A DNA stretch of 64,000 nt from Ramlibacter sp. GTDB taxonomy: Bacteria > Pseudomonadota > Gammaproteobacteria > Burkholderiales > Burkholderiaceae_C. Below the pieces are notes generated by a model. The model had not been told where the DNA came from. It searched no databases and was given only the letters and a program-made list of their open reading frames with translations. Below, piece after piece: positions 8,666 to 17,455 of the stretch; position 1 is the first letter of the stretch, and every line of letters begins with the position of its first letter. The stretch is taken from assembly GCA_021323335.1 (NCBI GenBank), contig JAJTCN010000007.1, positions 8,779 through 72,778 of the forward strand, read 5' to 3'. Made by a program: the position numbers and the translations under genes.

Positions 8666-10708
8666 TCAACGCCGCGGCGGCGCGCTCGCTCCATCCGCGG
8701 CAGCTGACGCGGCGGAGGCGGCCGGGCGGGCGCGCTCGGCGCGCCGCTCGGGCCTGGACGGACGCGATGCGGCCGGCGCTGCAGGCGACGCGGCGGCTGC
8801 GGGCGCCGAGGCCGCCGGCGCCGCCGCGGATGCCGGCTGTTGCGCGGCGCCAGCACGGCGTGCGCCCTGGCGTTCGTCTCTTGCTTCCCTGGCTTCCCGG
8901 GCACGCGCCCGACCGCCGGCTCCAGGTCCGGTGTCGACGGCAGCTGGCGTGGCCGAAGCCGGCGCGGCCGGGGCCGCTGCAGGTGCTGCAGATGCTGGTG
9001 CTGGTGCGGGTGCTGGTGCGGGTGCGGGTGCAGGAGCTCGCGCCGGTGCGGGCGCAGCAGCCGCGGGTGTCCCGGGCACAGCGGAGGCAGGCGCCGCGGG
9101 TGCGCCGGCCGCGGGGGCTTCGCCGCCGCGCTGCCGGCGGGCGCGCCGTTCGGCCGCCGCCGGCGACGCGCTGGCTGCCGCTTTCGGCACGGACACGGCC
9201 TCCGTCTCCGGCACCACCTTCACGACGGCTGCACTGGCCGGTGCGGCCGGCTTGATGGCGGCCACGGCAGCAGGGTCGAGCGGCTTGCCGGCGTTGGCCG
9301 CCAGCGCGCCTTGCCTGGCCGCGAACGGCGGCGGCGGGGGCGGCGGTGCGACCTGCGCCACCACGGGGCGGACGGGCGCCGTTTCGGGCGGCCGCGCGGC
9401 ACGTGCCGCCGCGGGGCCCATCACGCTGGCCTGCTGCGGGACGACGCGAGGAGCCGGGAGGACCGGCGCGCGATCGAAGCCCTGCTCGTTGATGCGAATG
9501 GTGATGCGCGCGACCGGCTGCGACTGCGAGAAGGCAGCGGCGGGCACGGCAATGATCGCCCCGGGCACCTGCTGGTTGACGTACGTGACATTCACGCCGC
9601 GGTTGTCGTAGACCGCAGTCAGCCGCTGGCGGTCGACGCGCGCATTGCTCGCATTCAGGTTGTAGAAGTACTCGCGGCTGACCGTGTACGCGGGGCGATA
9701 CACGTCCCGCGGGCCGAGCGGGAACCAGGCGACGGTCGAGTTCGCGGCTCCCGGCGATCCATTGCCGACGAAAGCCACCAGCGCCGGTGCGTACACCGGC
9801 CGCACGTTGGCCGGGCCGGGCACCCAGGCCCAGCGGTTGTCCACCCGCGTCCAGCGACCGTAGTGCGAAGTGGCGAACGCCCACGGTTCCTCGTCGATCC
9901 AGGTCCAGCCCCAGGGCTCGATCCACGACCAGTGGCCGTCCCGGTAGGGCGCCCAGTCGGCGGCCACGCTGCGCGGAATCCATACCGAGCCGAGCTGCGC
10001 CACGGTCTTCCAGGCGCCAGCGCGGTCCAGGTCCGCGAAGCCGATCATCTCCGGCGAAACGTAGCGGCGCGACGGCGAGGTTGCCCAGCGCCGCTCGCGG
10101 GCCGTGGCCCAGCGGTCGAATTCGTCCGGACGGCGCAGCGCGACGGCTTCGAAGTCGTCCAGCCCTGCGCCGTAGAACACATAGCCCTGGCGCTCGTTGA
10201 CGACGAACGCGCGGCGGTCGCCGAACACCCGGGCCAGGCCCTGCATGACCGCAACCTCCGTCCAGTCGTCGCGCATGTCCACTTCGATGCGGTAGCTGCC
10301 CGGACGGCGGATGGAAAACGCCAGGTTGGGCGTGTTGATCTCGACGACCTGGCCCCGGTCGAGGCGGCGGACGCTGACGTGCAGCGTCCCCTGCGACAAC
10401 TGGATCTGCGTGGTGCGGTCATCCAGGTTGAGCAGCGTGATGTTCGTGGCGCCCGCGGCGCGCACCGCCACGGTGCCCATCTGCAGTTCGGCGCGCGAGC
10501 CGCGGTCGACCCACAGGCGGTCGCCGGTGACGAGGGGCCGGTTGACGACCGCGCCGCCCCAGTCGCGCTCGCCGCCCGGCGAGAAGCTGGCGTTGCCGGT
10601 GATGTGGGCGAGCCGCGCGACGCGCGTCGGCGGATCGGCGAGCGCTGCCACGGACAGCAGCGAAAGGACAAGAAACGAGAACAACGCGCGAATGCGGGTC
10701 AAAGCCAT
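8666..10708 (-). CDS. secreted FecR-like/DUF6600 protein with Pro/Ala-rich tail
   Basis: Signal peptide; DPPTRVARL, NRPLVTGDRLW, EINTPN, WAPYRDGHW, PWGWTWIDEEPW, HYGRW. Confidence 0.8.
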   Translation of the reverse strand: MALTRIRALFSFLVLSLLSVAALADPPTRVARLAHITGNASFSPGGERDWGGAVVNRPLVTGDRLWVDRGSRAELQMGTVAVRAAGATNITLLNLDDRTTQIQLSQGTLHVSVRRLDRGQVVEINTPNLAFSIRRPGSYRIEVDMRDDWTEVAVMQGLARVFGDRRAFVVNERQGYVFYGAGLDDFEAVALRRPDEFDRWATARERRWATSPSRRYVSPEMIGFADLDRAGAWKTVAQLGSVWIPRSVAADWAPYRDGHWSWIEPWGWTWIDEEPWAFATSHYGRWTRVDNRWAWVPGPANVRPVYAPALVAFVGNGSPGAANSTVAWFPLGPRDVYRPAYTVSREYFYNLNASNARVDRQRLTAVYDNRGVNVTYVNQQVPGAIIAVPAAAFSQSQPVARITIRINEQGFDRAPVLPAPRVVPQQASVMGPAAARAARPPETAPVRPVVAQVAPPPPPPPFAARQGALAANAGKPLDPAAVAAIKPAAPASAAVVKVVPETEAVSVPKAAASASPAAAERRARRQRGGEAPAAGAPAAPASAVPGTPAAAAPAPARAPAPAPAPAPAPAPASAAPAAAPAAPASATPAAVDTGPGAGGRARAREAREARDERQGARRAGAAQQPASAAAPAASAPAAAASPAAPAASRPSRPERRAERARPAASAASAAADGASAPPRR

Positions 10709-11003
10709 GGAATCTCCTGCAGCGCAGCAAGGCGCTTGTGTCGAGCTTGTCCGCCTTTCGGCTGGCCGGACGTCAGGAAACAGGCCGTCAGGCTGTCGGG
10801 CTGGCGCGGTTGTCCCGTCCTGGCAATGCCGTGATCTGGCTCCGCCTCCGTGTTTGCCCGCGTCTTCTGTCGAGCCTCTCCTACCCCGCGCTCAGCCACC
10901 GGCGGGCGACCGCGCCACGGCGTTGTTCACTACGATTCCGTCTCCGCGCAGCATGCCAGTCCGGATGCGGCATCCCGAATCCCCGCCCCTCGAGAGACGG
11001 AGC

Positions 11004-12506
11004 ATGAGCCAGAAATCGAACGCGCCCCAGGCGCTGTTGTCCACCGGAATCCAGGGCCTGGACGTCGTCCTCGGCGGCGGCCTCAGTCCCAACCGCATCT
11101 ACCTCATCGAAGGCGAGCCCGGCACCGGCAAGACGACGACCGGGCTGCAGTTCCTGCGCGAAGGGGTGGCCCGCGGCGAAACGGTGGTCTACATCACGCT
11201 GGCCGAGACGGGCGACGAGCTGCGCGCGGTGGCCGAGTCGCACGGCTGGACGCTCGACGGCATCCGCCTGCACGAGGTGCTGCCCACCGAGGACCTGCTG
11301 CGGGACGACCAGCAGTACACGATGTTCCACCCGTCGGAGGTGGAGATGGCCAACACCATCCAGCTGATTCTCTCGGCCATCGAGACCCACCAGCCGACGC
11401 GGGTGGTGCTCGATTCGCTGTCCGAACTCCAGCTGCTGGCCGACACCGCGCTGCGCTATCGCCGCCAGGTGCTGGCCCTCAAGCAGTTCTTCGCCAAGCG
11501 CAATTGCACCGTGATGCTGCTCGACGACCGCACCGCCGCGTCGGCCGACCTGCAGGTGCGCAGCATCGCCCACGCCGTGATCCAGTTCGACCTGGCCGTC
11601 AAGGATTACGGCGCCGAGCGCCGCCGGGTGCGCGTGATCAAGTACCGGGGCCGCAATGCCATCGGCGGCATGCACGACTACAACATCACCCAGGGCGGCA
11701 TCGTCGTGCACCCGCGCCTTGTCGCCGCCGAGTCGCGCCAGCTCCGGCCCGGCGGGCAGCTCAAGAGCGGACTGCCGCCACTGGACGCGCTGCTCGGCGG
11801 CGGCCTGGAGGAAGGCACCAGCACGCTGATCGTCGGCCCGCCCGGCACCGGCAAGTCCTCGCTGGCCGCCCAGTTCGTCTCCGCCTTCAACAAGACCGGC
11901 GGCAAGGCCGCGATGTTCCTGTTCGAGGAGTCCAAGAGCAACCTGCTGAACCGGGCGGACGGCCTGAACATGGACCTGCGCGGCTTCATCGCCGGCGGCA
12001 AGCTGACCATCCAGCAGGTCGATCCCGCTGAGCTCTCGCCGGGCCAATTCAGCGCCGCCGTGATCAAGGCGGAAAGCGATGGCGCGAGGATCGTCGTGAT
12101 CGACAGCCTGAACGGCTACATGAACGCCGTGCCGGACGAGCGATTCCTCACCACCCACATGCACGAGCTGCTCACGTACCTGGGCCAGCGCGGGGTGGTG
12201 ACCATCCTGGTGGGCATCCAGCAGGGCATGCTGGGCGGCTCGATGTCCAGCGCCATGGACGCCAGCTACCTGGCCGACAACGTGCTGATGCTGCGCTACT
12301 TCGAGGACGACGGCGAAGTCAGCCAGGCCGTGTCGGTCTTCAAGAAGCGCGGCAGCATGCACGAACGCACGATCCGCCGCTTCTCCATGTCCGACCGGGG
12401 CATCGAGGTCGGCGAAGTGCTGCGCGGCTACCGCGGCATCCTGACGGGCGTGCCGGTGCCGCCCACCACGCCAGCGGTCACCGACATGCCGATGCGAGCC
12501 CGGTAG
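11004..12506 (+). CDS. KaiC-like double-RecA-domain ATPase
   Basis: ATG 11004 after GGAG; two P-loops GEPGTGKT and GPPGTGKS; VLDSL and VIDSL; KYRG and KKRG arginine fingers. Confidence 0.9.
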   Translation: MSQKSNAPQALLSTGIQGLDVVLGGGLSPNRIYLIEGEPGTGKTTTGLQFLREGVARGETVVYITLAETGDELRAVAESHGWTLDGIRLHEVLPTEDLLRDDQQYTMFHPSEVEMANTIQLILSAIETHQPTRVVLDSLSELQLLADTALRYRRQVLALKQFFAKRNCTVMLLDDRTAASADLQVRSIAHAVIQFDLAVKDYGAERRRVRVIKYRGRNAIGGMHDYNITQGGIVVHPRLVAAESRQLRPGGQLKSGLPPLDALLGGGLEEGTSTLIVGPPGTGKSSLAAQFVSAFNKTGGKAAMFLFEESKSNLLNRADGLNMDLRGFIAGGKLTIQQVDPAELSPGQFSAAVIKAESDGARIVVIDSLNGYMNAVPDERFLTTHMHELLTYLGQRGVVTILVGIQQGMLGGSMSSAMDASYLADNVLMLRYFEDDGEVSQAVSVFKKRGSMHERTIRRFSMSDRGIEVGEVLRGYRGILTGVPVPPTTPAVTDMPMRAR

Positions 12507-13987
12507 TGGAACGCCGCATCCTGATCTACCCGTCGGTGGCGCAGGACGGCCTCCTGGCCAGCAAGGTCCTGTCCTCCGTCGGCATCGAGAACCTCGTCTG
12601 CAGCGGCAGCGAGGCGGTGCTGGCGGCCCTGGCCGAAGGCGCCGGCGCCCTGCTGGTGGTCGAGGAGATGATCTCCGGCGCCGCCATCCAGCCGCTCAAG
12701 CGCTTCGTCGACGCGCAGGCTGGCTGGTCGGACCTGCCGATCCTGGTGCTCACCAAGCGCGGCGCCGATTCGGTGGAGGCGCAGCGGGCCGTGGAACACC
12801 TGGGCAACGTGACGCTGCTGGAGCGGCCGGTGCGCACCATCGCCCTGATCAGCGCCGCGCACTCCGCGCTGCGCGCGCGCGACCGCCAATACCATGTGCG
12901 CCTGGCGGACCAGCGCAAGGACGAGTTCCTGGCCACGCTGGCCCACGAACTGCGCAACCCGCTCGCACCCATCCGCACTTCGATCTCCATCATCCGCCGG
13001 CTGGAGCCCTCGGCCCAGGTCGCGAAGCTGACCGACATCGTGGACCGCCAGGTGGTCCACCTCACCCGGCTGGTGGACGACCTGCTCGACGTGGCCCGCA
13101 TCACCACCGGCAAGGTCGCACTGAATGCCACGCGGACGACGCTGTCGGCCGTGATCACCCATGCACTGGAGATCGCCGCTTCGTCGGTGCAGGAAAAGCA
13201 TCACCAGCTCGACGTGGTGCAGCCGACCCAGGACTACGCGCTGGAGGCGGACCACGCGCGGATCGTCCAGAGCGTGGCCAATCTGCTGGTGAACGCGGCC
13301 AAGTACACGCCGCCGCACGGCCACATCGCCCTGGCTGCCTCGGTGGACGCGAACGTCGTGACCTTCCGCGTGCGCGACGACGGCCGGGGACTGGAGCCCG
13401 CCTCGCTGACGCGCATCTTCGAACTGTTCGCGCAAGCCAAATCGGCCAACGAGCCCCTGAGCGGCCTGGGCATCGGCCTGAACCTGGCGCGCAAGTTCGC
13501 GGAGCTGCACGGCGGCTCCATCACCGCCACCAGCGAAGGCCTGGGGCGGGGCAGCGAGTTCGTCCTGACGCTGCCGGTGGTGGTGGGCGTGGCGCAGCCT
13601 GACAGCGCCGGCGGAGCCGCCGCCCGCGAAGGCGGCGCGGGGCGCCGGGTCCTGGTGGTCGACGACAACCGCGATGCCGCGGACACGCTGGAGGCGTTCC
13701 TGACCATGGAAGGCTTCCGGGTTGCAGTGGCCTACGACGGCGCCGCGGCGCTGGAGAAAGTGGAGTCGCACGAGCCCGACGTGGTGCTGATGGACATCGG
13801 CATGCCGCGCATGGACGGCTACGAAGCGGCCCGCATGGTGCGCGCCGCCGGCCGGCCCGTGCGGCTGATCGCCCTGACCGGCTGGGGCCAGGCCCTGGAC
13901 AAGATGAAGGCGCAGCAAGCAGGGTTCGACCACCACCTGGTCAAGCCGGTCGACCTGGCGACGATCATCGACGTGCTGAGGGCTTGA
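12506..13987 (+). CDS. hybrid histidine kinase (degenerate REC-HisKA-HATPase-REC) coupled to the KaiC-like gene
   Basis: Start overlaps the upstream stop; LAHELRNPL, NAAKYT, GLGIGL, C-terminal REC (DIGMP, LVKP). Confidence 0.9.
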   Translation: MERRILIYPSVAQDGLLASKVLSSVGIENLVCSGSEAVLAALAEGAGALLVVEEMISGAAIQPLKRFVDAQAGWSDLPILVLTKRGADSVEAQRAVEHLGNVTLLERPVRTIALISAAHSALRARDRQYHVRLADQRKDEFLATLAHELRNPLAPIRTSISIIRRLEPSAQVAKLTDIVDRQVVHLTRLVDDLLDVARITTGKVALNATRTTLSAVITHALEIAASSVQEKHHQLDVVQPTQDYALEADHARIVQSVANLLVNAAKYTPPHGHIALAASVDANVVTFRVRDDGRGLEPASLTRIFELFAQAKSANEPLSGLGIGLNLARKFAELHGGSITATSEGLGRGSEFVLTLPVVVGVAQPDSAGGAAAREGGAGRRVLVVDDNRDAADTLEAFLTMEGFRVAVAYDGAAALEKVESHEPDVVLMDIGMPRMDGYEAARMVRAAGRPVRLIALTGWGQALDKMKAQQAGFDHHLVKPVDLATIIDVLRA

Positions 13988-14000
13988 GCCGGGGGGCGCG

Positions 14001-14276
14001 CTACAGCAGCGGCGCCCCTTTCTCCTTCTCCCCGGAAATCAGGAAGGACTGCATGCCCTGGACCACCCCGCCCATGCACTGGCCGGCGGGTCCGGGGAAA
14101 CGGCCGTCGACGTTCAGCGTCTGGAGGCTCTCCGCGATGGCCAGGATGAGGCTGCGGTGCGTGCCCGAAGTGTTGAGGGTTCCGGCCAGCGCGAATCCGA
14201 CGGCCAGGCCGCATGCATCCATGGCTTCCTGCAGCATCCCGAGCGTGACGGGGGTGTCCTTGCTGTATTCGCTCAT
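14001..14276 (-). CDS. small hypothetical protein (91 aa)
   Basis: ATG 14276 with GGAGG RBS; MSEYSKDTPVTLGMLQEAM... Confidence 0.6.
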   Translation of the reverse strand: MSEYSKDTPVTLGMLQEAMDACGLAVGFALAGTLNTSGTHRSLILAIAESLQTLNVDGRFPGPAGQCMGGVVQGMQSFLISGEKEKGAPLL

Positions 14277-14311
14277 GCCTTGCCTCCAAAAACGCAAGCG
14301 TAGCGCAAGGC

Positions 14312-14818
14312 TCAGGGTCGAGGGTCCGGCGGCGACCCCCATCCCTTCGCCTCGTGCCACTCCTTCAGCGACATGTCGGGATACCCGGCGAAGCGCGGGT
14401 CCCCGGGGCTGCCTTCCACCTTCACCCACGACGCCTTCGAGCCGAGCATGATGTGGACGTTCGCGGGCGGCGGCGGCAGCGGCGTGTCGATGGCGCTGGC
14501 GTGCGGGTGCACGAGTTCCGGCCAGCGCGGGTCCCACACCCACAGCGCGCTGCCGCACCGGACACAGAAGTAGCGCCGGGCCTCGCTCGTGTGCGCCCTG
14601 GCGCCGCCGTCACCGGCGATGCGCGCGCGGTAGATGCCCAGGTGGCGCTTGCCCGTCACCTTCATGCTGTGCGTGTCGGCGCCGAGATTGATGGCGTAGC
14701 CGCCTCCGCCCGCCGTCTTGCGGCACACCGAGCAGTAGCAGCGCATGAAGGGCACGGGCTCCGCCGCGTCGACGGTGAACCGCACCTTGCGGCAGTGGCA
14801 GGAGCCTTCCAGTTGCAT
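14312..14818 (-). CDS. GFA/CENP-V family Zn protein
   Basis: GSCHC, CYCSVCRK, RYFCVRCGSALW. Confidence 0.88.
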   Translation of the reverse strand: MQLEGSCHCRKVRFTVDAAEPVPFMRCYCSVCRKTAGGGGYAINLGADTHSMKVTGKRHLGIYRARIAGDGGARAHTSEARRYFCVRCGSALWVWDPRWPELVHPHASAIDTPLPPPPANVHIMLGSKASWVKVEGSPGDPRFAGYPDMSLKEWHEAKGWGSPPDPRP

Positions 14819-14922
14819 CGCGTCGTCCCCTTCGCCTCGCCGGCGTGCCCGCCATCCTAGTGCCTCGCATCAGCCGAGTGTCAGCGGCCGCCATGGGGGG
14901 CGCTGTCGCCGCTCCCGGCCTG

Positions 14923-15558
14923 TCAGCGGGCACGGCGGCTGACGCCGTCCACCACCATGCGGGACTGCACCGCGAGCAGCACGACTTCGCCATCCAGTTG
15001 CGCATACCGATGCCCGGGCGGCACCGCGGGCAGCCTGGCGCGCAGGTCGTCCGGCACCTCCGCCAGCACGGCCTTGCGCGGCAGCGGTTCCCCGATCTTC
15101 CACTTCGCGGCCTTGCGGGTGGATGCCGGCTGCGATGCGTAGTACTGGCGCACCAGGGCCTGGTGCTTGCTGCCGATGTAGGCGCCTTCGTCGAGCGGCT
15201 TGGTTGCCAGGCGCGCCCCCTTGCCCACTTCGCTGGCCGGCCGCGAGCGCGCATCGACGCGGTCATCGACAGCCTGCTTCGCGGCACGTGGCGATGGCGC
15301 GTTTGCGGGCACCGCCGCGGCGGCCCGCGCCGGCGGTGGCTTGCGCGCGGCCTTGTTGCCGGCGGCGGCCTGCCGGGGCCGTTCGGGCTGGATGGCAACC
15401 GGCTTCGGCCGCACGGGTCTCGCGGGCGGGGCCGGCCTGATCTGCTCGAGCGGGCGGCCGATCACCGCCGGTGGAACCGGATCCGTGAACGGCGTTTCGG
15501 CGCCGATGCAGGGTGCGGCGAGCAGCAACACGGCCGCCAGGTGCGGCAAGCGGAACAT
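14923..15558 (-). CDS. secreted protein with C-terminal RcnB-like domain
   Basis: Signal peptide, Pro/Ala linker, WKIGEPLP...LPAVPPGHRYAQLDGEVVLL. Confidence 0.6.
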   Translation of the reverse strand: MFRLPHLAAVLLLAAPCIGAETPFTDPVPPAVIGRPLEQIRPAPPARPVRPKPVAIQPERPRQAAAGNKAARKPPPARAAAAVPANAPSPRAAKQAVDDRVDARSRPASEVGKGARLATKPLDEGAYIGSKHQALVRQYYASQPASTRKAAKWKIGEPLPRKAVLAEVPDDLRARLPAVPPGHRYAQLDGEVVLLAVQSRMVVDGVSRRAR

Positions 15559-15643
15559 CACGTGCATGAGTTGCACTGTGGGCTCAGCGGCGGATGCAGC
15601 CACGTCGGCCGGGCTCCGCCGTGCAGGTCGGACCCGTCCGACG

Positions 15644-16846
15644 TCACCGCTCCCACCCGTCCAGGTGGTCGACGAGGTCGTCGATCGCGATCACCTCGCG
15701 ACCGTCGTCCTCGCGCTGGAACACGATCGCCGACCAGCCGCTCATGCCCACCGGCCGCAGACGCTGGCCGTTGCGACGCAACTGCTGCCCGGAGACTGCG
15801 CGCAGCACGACGCGCTCGTAGCGCGAGCGATCCAGCCGCGCGGTGGCGGAGCGCGCGTCCCAGGCACAGAGCTTGCCGACGTCCTCGTATTCGGCCGGGC
15901 GGTCTTCCAGGTCCAGCAAGGACGGCCGGCGCCCGCGGACCACGGAGCCGATCAGCCGGAAGGTGAACGGGTCGGCCACGCGGCCGATCGGGCGCCAGAA
16001 GTGGCGCACCGTGCGGCCCGCGATGGCGCGCAGACTGAGCTCGCCATGCCCTTGCGTGCGCCACACGGGCGCATCGATGTCGCAGGTGAAGGGGTTGTCC
16101 GGATAGCAGTTGAAACGCGCCAGCCAGCCCTTGCGCGACGTGTGGGGCATGGGCTGGAAGCCGTCGATGACGGGAATGCCGTGCCTGGCGAGCTCGGACA
16201 GCGCATAGGTCGGCCAGGCCATGACCTCGCGCACGATGCCCACGATCAAGGTGGCCGTCGCGATCATGAGCGCCGGGCTGGGCGTGAAGTCGGAAGTGAT
16301 CTCGATGCGGTCCCCGCGCGGCCGCACGCCAACGCCGGTGGAGCGCCGGTTCGTCGCCAGCAGCATCACCGGCGCCGGCAGGATGTACGTGAGCAGCCGC
16401 GCCAGCCTGCCGATGGTGCGGCCGTTCGCGGGCTCGCCCGGCGGCAGCGCGAACGACACGTTGTAGTGCGCGCTGAAGCCGACCAGCCGCGTCCGCCGCC
16501 GGTGCTGCGTGTCCCAGGCATCGAGCTCGCCGCGGATGAACGCGATCGCTTCCCACAGCGAGCGCCCGGCGCGCGCCGCGCAACCGCGCTCGATCTCGAA
16601 CACCGGCGTCGCCACTTCGATGACGCCCGTATCGAAGTACACGGCGCCCCCGGTCGGCAGGTGGTACGAGGTGCCCTGCCGGTGCATCAGCTCGCCGCGG
16701 ATGAAGTCGCGCGGGCTGCCGAACAAGTCCTCGGGCCGCGTCTGCGCGTCGTCGACCATCAGGGTCCACTCGGCCTCCAGCCCCATCGCCGCCAGCCGCA
16801 GCTGCTCCGGCGCGGACGGTCGCTCCAGCTTCTTGCGGTCCGCCAT
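15644..16846 (-). CDS. PafA/Dop (Pup-ligase)-like carboxylate-amine ligase, glutamine-synthetase fold
   Basis: MGLEAEW, HLPTGGAVYFDTGVIEVATP, GFSAHYNVS and VRPRGDRIEITSD parallel the PafA/Dop motifs GIETE, LxNGARLYLD..HPEYAT and GCHENY. Confidence 0.65.
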   Translation of the reverse strand: MADRKKLERPSAPEQLRLAAMGLEAEWTLMVDDAQTRPEDLFGSPRDFIRGELMHRQGTSYHLPTGGAVYFDTGVIEVATPVFEIERGCAARAGRSLWEAIAFIRGELDAWDTQHRRRTRLVGFSAHYNVSFALPPGEPANGRTIGRLARLLTYILPAPVMLLATNRRSTGVGVRPRGDRIEITSDFTPSPALMIATATLIVGIVREVMAWPTYALSELARHGIPVIDGFQPMPHTSRKGWLARFNCYPDNPFTCDIDAPVWRTQGHGELSLRAIAGRTVRHFWRPIGRVADPFTFRLIGSVVRGRRPSLLDLEDRPAEYEDVGKLCAWDARSATARLDRSRYERVVLRAVSGQQLRRNGQRLRPVGMSGWSAIVFQREDDGREVIAIDDLVDHLDGWER

Positions 16847-17455
16847 TCAGCCTGCTTCCCTGGCGTCGCCGCCGTCCCGCTCGGCCACCGGTTCGAACAC
16901 CGTGTAGCCGATGTCGATGTGCAGGTGGTCGTCGGCCTGGCCGTCTTCCTGGCCGTAGGGACGCACCCAGGCGCCGGGGATGACCCGGCGCGCGATGGCG
17001 GCGTACTTTTCGATCTCCTCGCGGCTGTCGAGATACGTGTCGCCGATGCGGTAGATGTTGGCCGCGGTGCCCCAGCAGTGGCGCGAGGCATGCCGGCTCA
17101 GGGCATGCCCCGGCGAGCGGTAGCCGCCGTTGGCCGCCACGTGCACGAAGGTGCCCACCTCGAGCCGGAACAGCTCCAGCGCGGTCGCCAGCAGCACGAC
17201 GGCGCAAGGCACGTAGCGCGGGAACGCCCGCGCCGGCGCCGCCTCGCGCACGTCCACGCCAATGAGTTCCGACAGGCAGAAATGCGCTGCCAGCGGCGTT
17301 TCCAGCGCCTGGTTCCACGAATCCACCCGCAGGAACGAGGACGGCAGCACGTGCGCCGTGCCCGAACGATCCTGCAGCCTCTCGCCGGGGCGCAGCACCT
17401 GCCGCACCTCCTGCGGCAGGTCGTCGGCGCGGACGAGGGGCAAGGGCACGTTCAT
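16847..17455 (-). CDS. peptidase M15 (D-Ala-D-Ala peptidase/Hedgehog fold)-like protein
   Basis: LAAHFCLSEL, GGYRSP, SRHCWGTAANI, HLHIDIG; ATG overlaps the upstream stop (ATGA). Confidence 0.75.
   Translation of the reverse strand: MNVPLPLVRADDLPQEVRQVLRPGERLQDRSGTAHVLPSSFLRVDSWNQALETPLAAHFCLSELIGVDVREAAPARAFPRYVPCAVVLLATALELFRLEVGTFVHVAANGGYRSPGHALSRHASRHCWGTAANIYRIGDTYLDSREEIEKYAAIARRVIPGAWVRPYGQEDGQADDHLHIDIGYTVFEPVAERDGGDAREAG

Noticed and set aside
8980-9060. GGTGCG/GGTGCT hexamer tandem repeat as a contingency locus
   Set aside because: It encodes a Pro-Ala linker; unit changes keep the frame.
11004-12506. Circadian clock locus
   Set aside because: No kaiA or kaiB, and the canonical Ser-Thr phospho-site pair is absent.
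14001-14276. 91-aa ORF as a Pup-like modifier for the PafA-like ligase
   Set aside because: It ends in GAPLL rather than GGE/GGQ, is hydrophobic rather than disordered and acidic, and is two genes away.
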